From Candidatus Falkowbacteria bacterium (GTDB taxonomy: Bacteria > Patescibacteriota > Patescibacteriia > Patescibacteriales > UBA12465), in NCBI GenBank assembly GCA_016432645.1, contig CP066698.1, positions 325,062-389,061 of the forward strand: DNA of 64,000 bases, in the 5' to 3' direction. A program made the position numbers and the translations under genes. Every line of letters begins with the position of its first letter. Positions within the stretch are counted from its first letter, which is position 1. The notes below the pieces were generated by a model that made no database searches, was not told where the DNA came from, and was given only the letters and a program-made list of their open reading frames with translations. Shown piece by piece: positions 10,477 to 20,715 of the stretch.

Positions 10477-11200
10477 ATATCAACATTTTGCCGTCTAATT
10501 TTTCTTTGGCAAAATTTTGGGCTTTTAAAAGACTATCAAAAGTTCCGGCGTCCAGCCATTCACCATTTACCATGGCCACTTCTAGTTCGCCTTTTTCCAA
10601 ATACCAATTATTTACATCGGTAATTTCTAATTCCCCACGTGCCGATGGTTTCATATTTTTAGCAATTTCTACTACCCGATTATCATAAACATAAAGTCCG
10701 GTGACCGCATAATTGCTTAAAAACTCCTGCGGCTTCTCCACAATTTTTTCCGCTTTCATATCCGCGCCGAACTTAACCACGCCAAATCTCTCCGGATCAG
10801 GTACTTCTTTAGCAAAAACCTTAGCGCCGCCCTTAAAATTTTTTAAGTCTTCCGAAAAATCATCTTCAAAAATATTGTCGCCCAGAATCATAGCGACACT
10901 TTCATCGTCAATAAAATTCTGACCGATAATAAATGCCTGGGCCAAGCCTTCCGGTTTGTCTTGAATTTCATAAGTAAACTTAACGCCAAACTCTTTGCCG
11001 GAACCAAGCAAATTAAGATAATCCCCTGCTCTTTCCGGCGCGACAATAATCATGATTTCTTTAATGCCGGCTTGAATAAGAGTATTAAGCGGATAATAAA
11101 TCATCGGCCGGTTATAAATCGGCAATAATTGCTTGCTAGTAATCTTGGTAAGCGGACGCAGTCTAGTGCCGCTGCCGCCGGATAAAATTATCCCTCTCAT
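10475..11200 (-). CDS. rfbA: Glucose-1-phosphate thymidylyltransferase (short form)
   Basis: GIILSGGSGTRLRPLT..SKQLLPIY, Q..PEGLAQAF, EKP, SARGELEITD and WLDAGT. Confidence 0.93.
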   Translation of the reverse strand: MRGIILSGGSGTRLRPLTKITSKQLLPIYNRPMIYYPLNTLIQAGIKEIMIIVAPERAGDYLNLLGSGKEFGVKFTYEIQDKPEGLAQAFIIGQNFIDDESVAMILGDNIFEDDFSEDLKNFKGGAKVFAKEVPDPERFGVVKFGADMKAEKIVEKPQEFLSNYAVTGLYVYDNRVVEIAKNMKPSARGELEITDVNNWYLEKGELEVAMVNGEWLDAGTFDSLLKAQNFAKEKLDGKMLI

Positions 11201-11204
11201 ATAT

Positions 11205-12065
11205 TTATAGATTATTTAAATATTCTCGCAGCGCCTCTTGATAGGGGCGTAATTTTTTAACCTTATTATTTTGCAGAACGGAAAATTTAGGACGTCTGGC
11301 CGGCCGCGTTAAATCTTCGCTGCGAATCGGCCTAACGGCTACTTTTTGTTTTAATAATTGAAATAGCTCCAAAGCGCCCTCATACCAAGTCACCGCCCCT
11401 TCGTTTATTAGGTGATAAATGCCATAAACAGCCTTAGAAGAAATTAAGCGGGCCGTAGCGGCCGCTAAATCGGGCGTATAGGTAAAGCAGCTAAGTTCTT
11501 CATTGACTACCGTTAATTCTTTATTATCTTGCGATAATTTAAACATAATGTCAAAAAAGCTAGGCTTAGCTTGCGGACTGCCTCCCTGAGGACCAAATAA
11601 CTTAGAGGTTCTAATTAAATAATATTTCAAACCATTTTCCGCTTGTTTTAAAATTTCCCGCTCGCCTAAAAATTTACTCTCGCCATATTTATTTATCGGA
11701 TTAGGCGTATCATTTTCGGAAAATTCTTTTTTAGTTTCCAGGCCGTTAAAAACATAATCGGTGGAATAATGGATTAACAGAAAATTAAATTGCAAAGCTA
11801 ATTGCGCTAATCGCGCCGGCAACTCACAGTTAAGAGCCAGGGCGGTTTCATATAATTTTTTATCTTCACAATTATCAACTGCATTATAGGCCACGCAATT
11901 TATTAAAATATCCGGCCTGATATCTTTGAGTATATTTAAAAGCGCGTTCTCATCAAGAACATCAAAATCAACCCGGTCAAACACTGATAATTCGTGATCG
12001 CGTTCTAAAGTTTGCGCTAGTTGTGAACCGAGATTGCCCAATCCTCCTAAAATTACTATTTTCAT
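11205..12065 (-). CDS. rfbD: dTDP-4-dehydrorhamnose reductase
   Basis: GxxGxLG, STDYVF, YGESK (YxxxK) and ARRPKFS. Confidence 0.92.
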   Translation of the reverse strand: MKIVILGGLGNLGSQLAQTLERDHELSVFDRVDFDVLDENALLNILKDIRPDILINCVAYNAVDNCEDKKLYETALALNCELPARLAQLALQFNFLLIHYSTDYVFNGLETKKEFSENDTPNPINKYGESKFLGEREILKQAENGLKYYLIRTSKLFGPQGGSPQAKPSFFDIMFKLSQDNKELTVVNEELSCFTYTPDLAAATARLISSKAVYGIYHLINEGAVTWYEGALELFQLLKQKVAVRPIRSEDLTRPARRPKFSVLQNNKVKKLRPYQEALREYLNNL

Positions 12066-12073
12066 AAATTATT

Positions 12074-13360
12074 TTATAAGTTCCATTCTTTTCCCTGGCG
12101 AACAAGCAGCTGAGCTGCCTTTTCCGGCTCGGCCATTAATTCTTTGACAATTTTTTCCAAGCGCATTCCCTGCGATCCTTTGATTAGCATCACGTCACCC
12201 TCTCTAACCCGATTTTGCAAGAAATGTCCCGCCTCCTCCGCATTATCAAAATAAAACAGCTGTTCATCATCGCTGCCGGCATCCTTAGCTCCTCTAATAA
12301 AATCACGGGCGCGCTCACCGATGGCCACTAAAAAATCAATTTTTTCCCGACAAACCTTTTGGCCAACTAGTTGATGACCCTCTTCGGTATAAGCGCCAAT
12401 TTCCAGCATATCGCCTAAGACGGCGTATTTATGAGCCGAAGTATCAATATTAATTTTGCTTAAAATATTAACGGCGGAAATAGCGGCTTCCGGCGAAGAA
12501 TTATAAGTGTCGTCAATTATAAAAGAATGCTTTATTCCCGGAAGCAAATTCATTCTTCCCGGAGGCAAGCTAAAATCACTTAAGGCGGCAGCAATTTCAA
12601 CTAAATTCATCTTAAAATATAAGCCGACGGCGGCGGCAGCCAAAGCGGCATAAATTGCCGGCTCCGACATGACATTCTTTAAAAATACCGGCACGATTGA
12701 ACCCTCATCATTTAGTTTAAAATGGATTCCCGATAATTCATAAGAATCGCGAGTAAAATTATAATTAATATCCTGGGCCTGTAAATTGGCACTATTTTTA
12801 AGGCCATAGCTTAAAATCTTTGCCCGGGAAATTGCGGCCATGTCTTTAACGTCTTCGCTGTCATAATTTAAAATCGCCAATCCCTGCTTATCAAGCTTTT
12901 CAATCAACACTTGCTTTTCTTTTTTAATATTTTGCAAACTGCCAAAATATTCTAAGTGAGAATAACTGACGGCCGTCACAATCGCCACATCAACTTTAAC
13001 GATGGAAAGCAAATACTCCATGTCGCCGGGACGATCAACCCCCATTTCTAAAATTAAAATCTCGGGATAATTTTTATCTTTAAAAATAAGCAATTTCAGC
13101 ACCTTATTAAAAACCGACAACCAACCGATTAAATTCGCCCCTGGTGATTCCGTGCCAATAATAGCTAACGGAACGCCAATTTCGTTATTGTAATTTTTTA
13201 AGCTGGCTCGGACTTTAAATTTCTTGTTTAAAATATGATATACCGCTTCCTTGGCACTACTCTTGCCGATAGAGCCGGTAATACCAACAATCTGCGGCTG
13301 ATATTTTTTAAGCAGCAGCTTGGCGGCAATCTTCAGTTTTAATTTTAAAATCCGGTTCAT
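12074..13360 (-). CDS. murF: UDP-N-acetylmuramoyl-tripeptide--D-Ala-D-Ala ligase
   Basis: GITGSIGKSSAK, NNEIGVP, LEMG, DDTYNSSP, LGDMLE and KGS. Confidence 0.92.
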   Translation of the reverse strand: MNRILKLKLKIAAKLLLKKYQPQIVGITGSIGKSSAKEAVYHILNKKFKVRASLKNYNNEIGVPLAIIGTESPGANLIGWLSVFNKVLKLLIFKDKNYPEILILEMGVDRPGDMEYLLSIVKVDVAIVTAVSYSHLEYFGSLQNIKKEKQVLIEKLDKQGLAILNYDSEDVKDMAAISRAKILSYGLKNSANLQAQDINYNFTRDSYELSGIHFKLNDEGSIVPVFLKNVMSEPAIYAALAAAAVGLYFKMNLVEIAAALSDFSLPPGRMNLLPGIKHSFIIDDTYNSSPEAAISAVNILSKINIDTSAHKYAVLGDMLEIGAYTEEGHQLVGQKVCREKIDFLVAIGERARDFIRGAKDAGSDDEQLFYFDNAEEAGHFLQNRVREGDVMLIKGSQGMRLEKIVKELMAEPEKAAQLLVRQGKEWNL

Positions 13361-13363
13361 ATA

Positions 13364-15319
13364 TTATCTAGTCTTAGGAACGGCATAATAGTTTAAAATA
13401 AAATCGGCAATCTCGCGCCACAAAGGCGCAGCGGAACCTTCGGCAAATTGAACATCTTGAGGACGGTCAATTTTAGTCAGCATCACAAAAACCGGATCTT
13501 CAATCGGTGCAATGCCAATAAAAGTATGGATATATTCATTGGCGCTGTAACCGCCAATAGTCGCCACTTGCGCCGTTCCGGTTTTAGCGCCAATATAATA
13601 ACCTTCAATAGCCGCTTTTTTAGAATGTCCTTGTTCAACCACATTAACCAACATGGCCGAAACAGTGGCGGCGGTTTTTTCGGAAATTATCCGGCCGGAT
13701 TGTTTAGGCGCAGTATTTTCAATAATTCCATTAGCTTTAACAATACTTTTAACAATATAAGGCTTCATCATCATTCCCTTATTAGCAATTGCTTGATAAG
13801 GCATTAGCATCTGTAACGGAGTAACGGCCAACCCTTGCCCGAAAGAGGCTGTGGCGGCGTCAATGTTGCGAATCTTATTTGTTAATAAATTAGCAATGCT
13901 GCCAGGACTCTCTGAGCCTAATTCAACCCCAGTTTTCTCGCCAAAACCGAATTTTTTTACATAATCGGCGAACACTTTAGGGCCGACTTGATTCATGGCA
14001 AAAATAGCTCCGGTATTTAGAGAATTATCCAAAACGGCAGTCATGTCAACCACTCCGTGCGGTCCATGAGTAGAAAAATCGGAATTTTTAATCGGCTTGG
14101 GCCAACCGTCAATCATTATCTGGCCCTTATCATTATACGTAGTAGATGGCGAAACCTTTCCTTGATCAATCGCAATCGCCATCGTCACAGTCTTAAAAAC
14201 CGAACCCGGCTCATACTGATAAAAAATAGCCGGATTATTATAATAGGAAATATTCTTAACATTCTTATAGTCATTAGGATTAAAATCAGGAACGGAGCAC
14301 ATGGCAATAATCGCCCCGGTTTTAGGATTCATCACAATCACCGAGCCGCCGCTAGCGCCATGTTTGTCTACGGCCTCCTGCAATTTCTGGCAGGCCATAA
14401 ACTCAATATTGCGATCAATGGTTAAAATAATATCACTGCCGGCTTCCGGCTTAATATATTCACGGTCATTGACAATCATTACGCTGCCCGCGCCGCCTTT
14501 TTCAGTTTTAAGAGAACCATATTTTCCAAATAACTCTTCATTAAAAAATTCTTCCAAACCATACTTGCCCTGCCCTTCGCCATCGTTATAAGTCACAAAA
14601 CCTAAAAGCTGAGAAGCGATTTCCTTTTCCGGATAAAAACGATAGGGCTGCAAATCAAAACCTAGGCCAGGAATATCAAATTCCTTAGTGGCATCATTCT
14701 TATAAACTAATTGGCCGAGCTTGAGTTCCAATTCCTCCGGTTTAACCGTGGGCGCGGAGGAAGTAGAGTTGGCATCGGCTGATAAATAAGAATATAGTTT
14801 TATTAATTCCTCACCATCAAGCTTGCTGACTAAAGGCTCATAGGGGTCGCCTGGCTTATCGGTCTTTTTTAAATATTTGGCAATAATTTCTTCTTTAGTG
14901 GAGGTGGAAATAATAATTTCCGTACCGGTCGCCTGCTGTTTCTTCAATTCTGCTTCCAATTTAGGCTTGTCAAAAAAATTATATAACTTCTCCGCCAGTA
15001 CCGCCGGGTTAATAACTTCCAAGGGGACAATAAAAACTTCCGCAAATTCCTTATTGGTGGCCAGCGGATACAGCTTTTCGTTGCCATCCTGCGACCGCTC
15101 GCCAAAAAATATTTTCCCTCTTTCCGGAACTAACTTGCTATAAATTTGATGCTGCGACGAAGCCATCGCTGTGTACATGTCAAACTGGCCGATTTGCACG
15201 CTATATAATTTATAAATGAGAGACCCGATCAATAAAAAAATAACCGCCACGACAAGACGTAAACGATTATTATTTACCGCGATATTCGAACGGTTTTTGT
15301 GCTTAGTGTCTCGCCACAT
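13364..15319 (-). CDS. ftsI: Class B penicillin-binding protein (FtsI-like)
   Basis: N-terminal TM; EPGSVFK (SxxK), SLN (SxN) and KTGTAQ; position in the dcw cluster. Confidence 0.88.
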   Translation of the reverse strand: MWRDTKHKNRSNIAVNNNRLRLVVAVIFLLIGSLIYKLYSVQIGQFDMYTAMASSQHQIYSKLVPERGKIFFGERSQDGNEKLYPLATNKEFAEVFIVPLEVINPAVLAEKLYNFFDKPKLEAELKKQQATGTEIIISTSTKEEIIAKYLKKTDKPGDPYEPLVSKLDGEELIKLYSYLSADANSTSSAPTVKPEELELKLGQLVYKNDATKEFDIPGLGFDLQPYRFYPEKEIASQLLGFVTYNDGEGQGKYGLEEFFNEELFGKYGSLKTEKGGAGSVMIVNDREYIKPEAGSDIILTIDRNIEFMACQKLQEAVDKHGASGGSVIVMNPKTGAIIAMCSVPDFNPNDYKNVKNISYYNNPAIFYQYEPGSVFKTVTMAIAIDQGKVSPSTTYNDKGQIMIDGWPKPIKNSDFSTHGPHGVVDMTAVLDNSLNTGAIFAMNQVGPKVFADYVKKFGFGEKTGVELGSESPGSIANLLTNKIRNIDAATASFGQGLAVTPLQMLMPYQAIANKGMMMKPYIVKSIVKANGIIENTAPKQSGRIISEKTAATVSAMLVNVVEQGHSKKAAIEGYYIGAKTGTAQVATIGGYSANEYIHTFIGIAPIEDPVFVMLTKIDRPQDVQFAEGSAAPLWREIADFILNYYAVPKTR

Positions 15320-15352
15320 AAAAAAATCTTATCTGCCTTAACCGCCGACTTC

Positions 15353-15694
15353 TTATTTTTTAGCAACTACATGGCCACCGGTTGATAAATATTCAATATC
15401 GCTTATTTTAACCATATTTAAGCTTTGAGCCCGAGAGTTTAAAGCATAATATGATTGCAAAGCATCAACCTGCTGTTCATTATCCAATTTTTCCGCCGCT
15501 AAGCTGGCAGATTGTATTTTTAATTCTTGCAAAACAAATCCTTTAACTGTCAAATCGCTGATATTCAATAAATGGCAAAAACCCAAAGAAAAAATTAACG
15601 CGAACAGCGACAAATTAAAAATTCGCAGATTCAAAGAATGTTTAACGGTCCGCGGTTTTAACTGTCCACTATAACAATTTACCATTTTGGTCAT
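15353..15694 (-). CDS. ftsL: Putative cell division protein FtsL
   Basis: Small bitopic protein with a coiled coil, between rsmH and ftsI; called on synteny. Confidence 0.6.
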   Translation of the reverse strand: MTKMVNCYSGQLKPRTVKHSLNLRIFNLSLFALIFSLGFCHLLNISDLTVKGFVLQELKIQSASLAAEKLDNEQQVDALQSYYALNSRAQSLNMVKISDIEYLSTGGHVVAKK

Positions 15695-15728
15695 AGGATT
15701 TATTTTTATATCTTAATTTAAAAATTAT

Positions 15729-16616
15729 CTAATTTTTAGCCGCCGCCCTCAGTTTAGCGCTCCGGGCTCGCGGGTTGGCTTCAACTTCAGCGTCGCTAGG
15801 AACAAGCGGTCTTTTGGTAATAACAGTTACTGCCGGGTTATCTTTTAAAAATCTTTTAACAATGCGATCTTCGCCGCTATGGAAAGAAACAACTACCAGG
15901 CGGCCATTTTTTTCTAAAAGCGCAAGTGCTTGCGGCAAAGCTTCAGCTAAATTTTTAAGCTCTTCGTTGGTCTCCATCCTCAAGGCTTGAAATATTCTGG
16001 TAGCTGGATGGATGCGCCTGCGAAAACGAAACGGGATACGCGCTTCAATAATAGCGACTAGCTCCGCAGTGGTATTTATATTTTTAAGCTTGCGAGCTTC
16101 GACAATAGCTTGGGCAATCTGATAAGCCATTTTCTCTTCGCCATACTCTCGAAAAATCCTGGTTAATTCTAAAAGTGAATATTTATTTACAATACTGACA
16201 GTGGCATTATCTATTTCTGGGCCAAATGCCATATCGAGCGGCCGTTCGCCCTTAAAAGAAAAACCGCGCTCAATATCTTCTAGTTGAAAACTGGAAAGTC
16301 CTAAATCAAAAACCATGCCGTCAAACTTAACTTTCTCCCCGAAAATTTTCGTAGCAATCGCTTTTAAATTTTTAAAATTACCCTGGACTAAATTAATATT
16401 TTTCAAACCCTGTTCCTTGATTTTTAATTCAGCGTTCTTAATCGCATTCCCGTCCAAATCAGTGCTTAACACTTGGCCTTTGGGCCCGATGCCTTTAGCA
16501 ATTGCCAAGGTATAACCCGCGCCACCCAAAGTTCCGTCTAAATACCTTCCACCCGGTTTAAGTTTAAGCAGTTCCAAGACTTCAGCGAGCATGACCGGTA
16601 TGTGTTGATATTCCAT
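15729..16616 (-). CDS. rsmH: 16S rRNA m4C1402 methyltransferase
   Basis: HIPVML, DGTLGGAG, DLGLSS, FQALR, SFHSGED and NPRARSAKLR. Confidence 0.96.
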   Translation of the reverse strand: MEYQHIPVMLAEVLELLKLKPGGRYLDGTLGGAGYTLAIAKGIGPKGQVLSTDLDGNAIKNAELKIKEQGLKNINLVQGNFKNLKAIATKIFGEKVKFDGMVFDLGLSSFQLEDIERGFSFKGERPLDMAFGPEIDNATVSIVNKYSLLELTRIFREYGEEKMAYQIAQAIVEARKLKNINTTAELVAIIEARIPFRFRRRIHPATRIFQALRMETNEELKNLAEALPQALALLEKNGRLVVVSFHSGEDRIVKRFLKDNPAVTVITKRPLVPSDAEVEANPRARSAKLRAAAKN

Positions 16617-16617
16617 A

Positions 16618-17049
16618 TTAGATACCCAAATCGCCTAGCTCTTCAGCAATAGCATTACTGTTCTTTTCCGATTCAGTCTTATATTTATTCCAAGCGCTTT
16701 CATCCCAAATTTCCAAATGGTTATATAATCCGGCAACAATCGTTTTCTTTTTTAAAGCGGAAAACTTTCTTAAATATTCAGGCAAAGTTATGCGCCCTTG
16801 ATTATCAAAGTCGACTTCCATGGCTCCCGCTAACATGTGGCGGGCAAAAGCACGGGCGCGCGCTTGACTAAGAGGCAAAGCGGCGAATTTTTTGGCGATA
16901 GCTTCAAATTGTTCTTTGGAATATAAAAAAAGACAGTTGTCCAAGCCTTTGGTTACAACTGCACCCTTTTTTAAGATAGCACGAAACTTAGCAGGAATTG
17001 CTAAGCGGCCCTTTTCATCTAAATTGTGATTGTATTCTCCAATAAACAT
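16618..17049 (-). CDS. mraZ: Division/cell wall cluster repressor MraZ
   Basis: Start taken at MFIGEY (ATG 17049); two DxxGR motifs; directly upstream of rsmH. Confidence 0.95.
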   Translation of the reverse strand: MFIGEYNHNLDEKGRLAIPAKFRAILKKGAVVTKGLDNCLFLYSKEQFEAIAKKFAALPLSQARARAFARHMLAGAMEVDFDNQGRITLPEYLRKFSALKKKTIVAGLYNHLEIWDESAWNKYKTESEKNSNAIAEELGDLGI

Positions 17050-17081
17050 GGTTATTCTTGGGTGAAGGAATTTAATAAAAT

Positions 17082-17145
17082 CACCTCCATTCCCCACAAT
17101 TTGCCTTACAAGTTTAATTATACACCACCAGCCCCCTAGGGTCAA
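17082..17145 (-). promoter_or_regulatory. dcw promoter with degenerate MraZ-box-like repeats
   Basis: Minus strand TTGACC(17145-17140)-17 nt-TATAAT(17122-17117), followed by GTGGG and GAGG units 10 nt apart. Confidence 0.65.
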
Positions 17146-17181
17146 CACTTTAATTTACTTTAAAATAAGAGAAAAACTAAT

Positions 17182-17209
17182 AAAAAAAGCCACTTATCAA
17201 CAAGTGGCT
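17182..17209 (-). terminator. Intrinsic terminator after cysS-dus-tsaB
   Basis: AGCCACTT-ATCAAC-AAGTGGCT with an adjacent A7 run. Confidence 0.7.
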
Positions 17210-17278
17210 AAAAATATAAAAATTTTATATTAATTTTGGCTCCAAGTTTTCAACAAGTAACGCACAGGCCGTCAAGAC

Positions 17279-17659
17279 TTAAAAAACCGTCTTTTTTGGC
17301 TGGCCGATATTAGGCTCAGAATCATAAACCGGCTCAATCAGCGAATATCCCGAAAAGATTTTATCAGCCTTTTTTGTTTCTTCCGAGATAACCGGAACCT
17401 TTAAAGCATAGCCAAGCGCGTTGGCGGTAACTACACCGATACGCAAGGAAGTAAAACTGCCGCCGCGGCTGGCTACCATAATTTTTTTTATATCCGACAA
17501 TTTGAATCTATTAGTTTTTAATAACTTATCAATTGCCGGCAATAATTTTTCTGCCTGGCGATGAGCAAACTTAAATTTTCTGGAAACAATTTTTTTATTG
17601 TCAATAATTAAAGCAATAACAGTTTCCGCTTGCGAGGCAGTATTTATATAAAGGGTCAT
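17279..17659 (-). CDS. tsaB: tRNA threonylcarbamoyladenosine biosynthesis protein TsaB, short form
   Basis: LYINTA, LLPAI and GGSFTSLRIG motifs; only 126 aa. Confidence 0.8.
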   Translation of the reverse strand: MTLYINTASQAETVIALIIDNKKIVSRKFKFAHRQAEKLLPAIDKLLKTNRFKLSDIKKIMVASRGGSFTSLRIGVVTANALGYALKVPVISEETKKADKIFSGYSLIEPVYDSEPNIGQPKKTVF

Positions 17660-18654
17660 ATAGTTGTTTGATACTCTTTGATAATTTTCTTTAAATCGCT
17701 GAGGCTTTCTACTTTTACCAATTGCTCGCGCAAACGGCTGGCGCCTGGCAGAGATTTAACATACCAGACTAAATGTTTGCGCAACTCAATAATAGCCCCC
17801 GAGCCTTTTATTTTTTCTTGCAGCTGTGCTTGTTTAAACATTAATTTTAAGGTATCCGCTACCGATAAAGATATTTCTTTATTCCGCTTAATTTCTTGGA
17901 ATAGCCAGGGACGCCCTAATATTCCGCGGGCCAAACCGAGGCCATCAGCCTGGCTGGCTTTCATTATTTTTTGAGCGCCAGGCAAATCATTAATCCCGCC
18001 ATTAGCCAAAATTACTCCGGAAAAATATTTACGCGTTTTTTTTATTAATTCGCAATCAGGTTCACCGGCAAATCCCTGATTAACGCTGCGTCCGTGAATC
18101 ATCAGCGCCGCTAGCGGCAAATCGTTAAGCGTTTTTAAAAATTGCAAAGCATCAACATTACCGGACTTAGCTCGAATTTTAATGGATACCGGCAAATTGG
18201 TATTGTTTAAAACCGCCTCAATAACCGCGCGCGCTCGGGGTAAATTTTTCATCAAATCTGAACCAGCTCCCTGCTTGATAACTTTAGAGACCGGACAGCC
18301 AAAATTAATGTCAATTCCATCAGGCCTTATTTCTTTAGTAATAATTCGAGCGGCGGCGGCAAAATGTTCCGGATTGGAGCCAAAAAGCTGGACAACGTAA
18401 TACTTTTCTTTTTGGCGATTAAAATGCAAAAGTTCTAAAGTGGCGCTTTTTATTTTCTGGCGGCTAGATTTATCTTTAGCATAATCGCTATAATACAAAG
18501 CAGTCGCAGAAGCCATCTCGCTATACAAAACATCGGCCCCAAATTTTTTACAAATTTGCCGGAAGGCGGAATCGGTAAAACCGGCCATCGGCGCCAAGGC
18601 TAAAATAGGCTGTTTTTTCTTTTTTAGTTCCAACCAAAAATTTTTCTTAGGCAT
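17656..18654 (-). CDS. dusB: tRNA-dihydrouridine synthase (DusB-like)
   Basis: LAPMAG, QLFG, DINFGCP, KIR, HGR, NGGI and GRPW. Confidence 0.9.
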   Translation of the reverse strand: MPKKNFWLELKKKKQPILALAPMAGFTDSAFRQICKKFGADVLYSEMASATALYYSDYAKDKSSRQKIKSATLELLHFNRQKEKYYVVQLFGSNPEHFAAAARIITKEIRPDGIDINFGCPVSKVIKQGAGSDLMKNLPRARAVIEAVLNNTNLPVSIKIRAKSGNVDALQFLKTLNDLPLAALMIHGRSVNQGFAGEPDCELIKKTRKYFSGVILANGGINDLPGAQKIMKASQADGLGLARGILGRPWLFQEIKRNKEISLSVADTLKLMFKQAQLQEKIKGSGAIIELRKHLVWYVKSLPGASRLREQLVKVESLSDLKKIIKEYQTTI

Positions 18655-18655
18655 T

Positions 18656-20071
18656 TTATTTCTTCTTGATTACCGACCCGGTGGCGGTATCTTCAACTAA
18701 ATAACCGGCAGTTTCAATCTCGCCGCGCAATTTATCAGCCGCTACCCAATCATGACGGCGGCGCGCCTCATTGCGCAAGCCAACTTTATTGGCAATTGCC
18801 GCCGGAAATAGCTCGGCGGTATTTACCGACTTAGCGGCCTTTAACTCGCGCGCCTCAGCGTGTAGATTAAATCCCAGCACCCTATCAAAATCTAAAATAG
18901 TCGCTAATTTATCTTCCGGCTTAAGTTTAGCTTTTAAAACAGCCGCTAAAACAGCCAGTGCTTTCGGCAAATTCAAATCATTATTAATCGCCTCTAAAAA
19001 TTTAGCTTTAAATTCAGAATTAACCTTGCCTGTCTTATTGCCCAAAGCCGCGGTTTGCTCCCATAATTTCTGCAGTCCCTGCTGGGCTTGCTTCAAACTG
19101 GCTTCGCTATATTCCATCGGCTTGCGATAATGAACTTGGCAGGCGGCAAAACGATAAGCAAGGGGGCTTAAACCCTTTTTCAAGAGAGCATTATCAATAG
19201 TTAAAAAATTATCAGCGCTCTTAGCCATCTTTTTGCCACCGGTAATATTTAAAAATGCGCCATGCAGCCAATAGTTAAAAAACTTCTTGCCGGTCGCCGC
19301 TTCCGATTGGGCAATTTCGTTGGTGTGATGAATATTAATATGATCAGCGCCACCGCAATGAATATCCAAATTTTTACTTAGATATTTCAAACTAATCGCG
19401 GAACATTCAATATGCCAACCAGGGAAACCGATTCCCCAAGGCGACTGCCATTCCATCTGGCGATTCTTCCCGACCGGCGAAAATTTCCAGAGAGCAAAAT
19501 CAGTTGGATTTTTCTTCTCGGGATTTTTTTCAACTCGCGCCCCTTCTTTTAAAGTTGCCAGCGGCAAATGGCTTAATTTATTATAATTTTTAATTTTAGC
19601 GGTATCAAAATAAAGACCGTCGCTAGTTTTATAGGTAAAACCGCCTTTCTCTAATTTGTTTATTAGCGCAATTTGCTCGGGAATATTATCAGTTACTCGG
19701 CAATATTGGCTCGGACTAGTAATATTTAAAGCGAGTAAATCTTTTTTGAAAGCAGTCTCATAAAAATCAGCAATCTCCCAAGCAGTCTTACCTTCCCGTT
19801 TGGCGCCTGCTTCCATCTTATCTTCGCCCATGTCCATATCGCCCGTTAAATGGCCGACATCAGTCACATTCATTATATGCTTTACGCGATAACTATTATA
19901 TTCTAAGGTTCTTTTTAAAAAGTCCTCAAACAAATAGGTGCGCAAATTTCCGATATGGGCAAAATTATAAACTGTCGGCCCGCAGGTATAAAGGCCGACA
20001 ACTCCCTTTTTTATTGGTTTAAAAATTTCTTTCTGACGCGTTAAGGTGTTGTATAAATAAATTTTTGGCAT
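18656..20071 (-). CDS. cysS: Cysteine--tRNA ligase
   Basis: CGPTVY..HIGN, DFALWK, PGWHIECS and KMAKS. Confidence 0.97.
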   Translation of the reverse strand: MPKIYLYNTLTRQKEIFKPIKKGVVGLYTCGPTVYNFAHIGNLRTYLFEDFLKRTLEYNSYRVKHIMNVTDVGHLTGDMDMGEDKMEAGAKREGKTAWEIADFYETAFKKDLLALNITSPSQYCRVTDNIPEQIALINKLEKGGFTYKTSDGLYFDTAKIKNYNKLSHLPLATLKEGARVEKNPEKKNPTDFALWKFSPVGKNRQMEWQSPWGIGFPGWHIECSAISLKYLSKNLDIHCGGADHINIHHTNEIAQSEAATGKKFFNYWLHGAFLNITGGKKMAKSADNFLTIDNALLKKGLSPLAYRFAACQVHYRKPMEYSEASLKQAQQGLQKLWEQTAALGNKTGKVNSEFKAKFLEAINNDLNLPKALAVLAAVLKAKLKPEDKLATILDFDRVLGFNLHAEARELKAAKSVNTAELFPAAIANKVGLRNEARRRHDWVAADKLRGEIETAGYLVEDTATGSVIKKK

Positions 20072-20074
20072 ATT

Positions 20075-20602
20075 TTAAAAATTAACCGGAATTTGAAAAG
20101 AAGCGTCGTTTTCCGGCAAACCCGAAGGATTATCTTTAGAAACGATTAAATAACCGCTAGTCGCCGTGGTGGCGAATTCTAAAGTTGCCTTAAAGGGTAC
20201 TAAATTTTCGGTCATCCAATCGCTCTGCGCTTCAGCATAATGAGCGGCTATTATCTCGCCATCAGCCGCAACCAATTTAACCGGCAAAGTAGCTTCAAAA
20301 AACCAATTTCCCGGCGCTTGGCCCAGAACTTCCAAAGGAGAGCTAACTATCGCTGCCGACAAAGGCTGAAAAATAGAAACTGTCGGCACGGTGCTGGTGG
20401 CAGTCTGTTCCGGAATAACCACGTCAACTTCATTAGTATTGTCGGTAGTGGTGCTAGCCGGCAGCGTTTGTTCAGAAACAACCAACGGCACTAAATTTTC
20501 ATTTTTATTTTTTTCCTTATCAAAAAGCTGGAGCACTCTTAAAGAAATCGCCGAAACTAAAATTATCGCCACAATAATTAATAAAAATTGTTCTTTTTTC
20601 AT
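20075..20602 (-). CDS. Membrane-anchored protein with Gmad2-like Ig domain
   Basis: N-terminal TM, Thr-rich linker, SPLEVLGQAPGNWFFEA and KDNPSGLPE. Confidence 0.7.
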   Translation of the reverse strand: MKKEQFLLIIVAIILVSAISLRVLQLFDKEKNKNENLVPLVVSEQTLPASTTTDNTNEVDVVIPEQTATSTVPTVSIFQPLSAAIVSSPLEVLGQAPGNWFFEATLPVKLVAADGEIIAAHYAEAQSDWMTENLVPFKATLEFATTATSGYLIVSKDNPSGLPENDASFQIPVNF

Positions 20603-20656
20603 ATTATTAAAACCTAAGAATGTTTAATTCTCTTTTATAATTTTAACACATTAGGC

Positions 20657-20688
20657 AAAAAAAGTCCGCATTCTTTGAAAACGCGGAC
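20657..20688 (-). terminator. Intrinsic terminator
   Basis: GTCCGC...GCGGAC stem next to an A-run. Confidence 0.55.
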
Positions 20689-20715
20689 CAGTGGAAGGCA
20701 GTTGCCAAGGAGGTA

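Noticed and set aside
13448..15143. Antisense ORFs in the track over ftsI, and similar ones over other long genes
   Set aside because: Shadow frames of well-supported genes with no recognisable motifs.
17279..17659. tsaB as a pseudogene
   Set aside because: The frame is intact, it overlaps the dus stop as in translational coupling, and the core motif is kept. A naturally short form is more likely.
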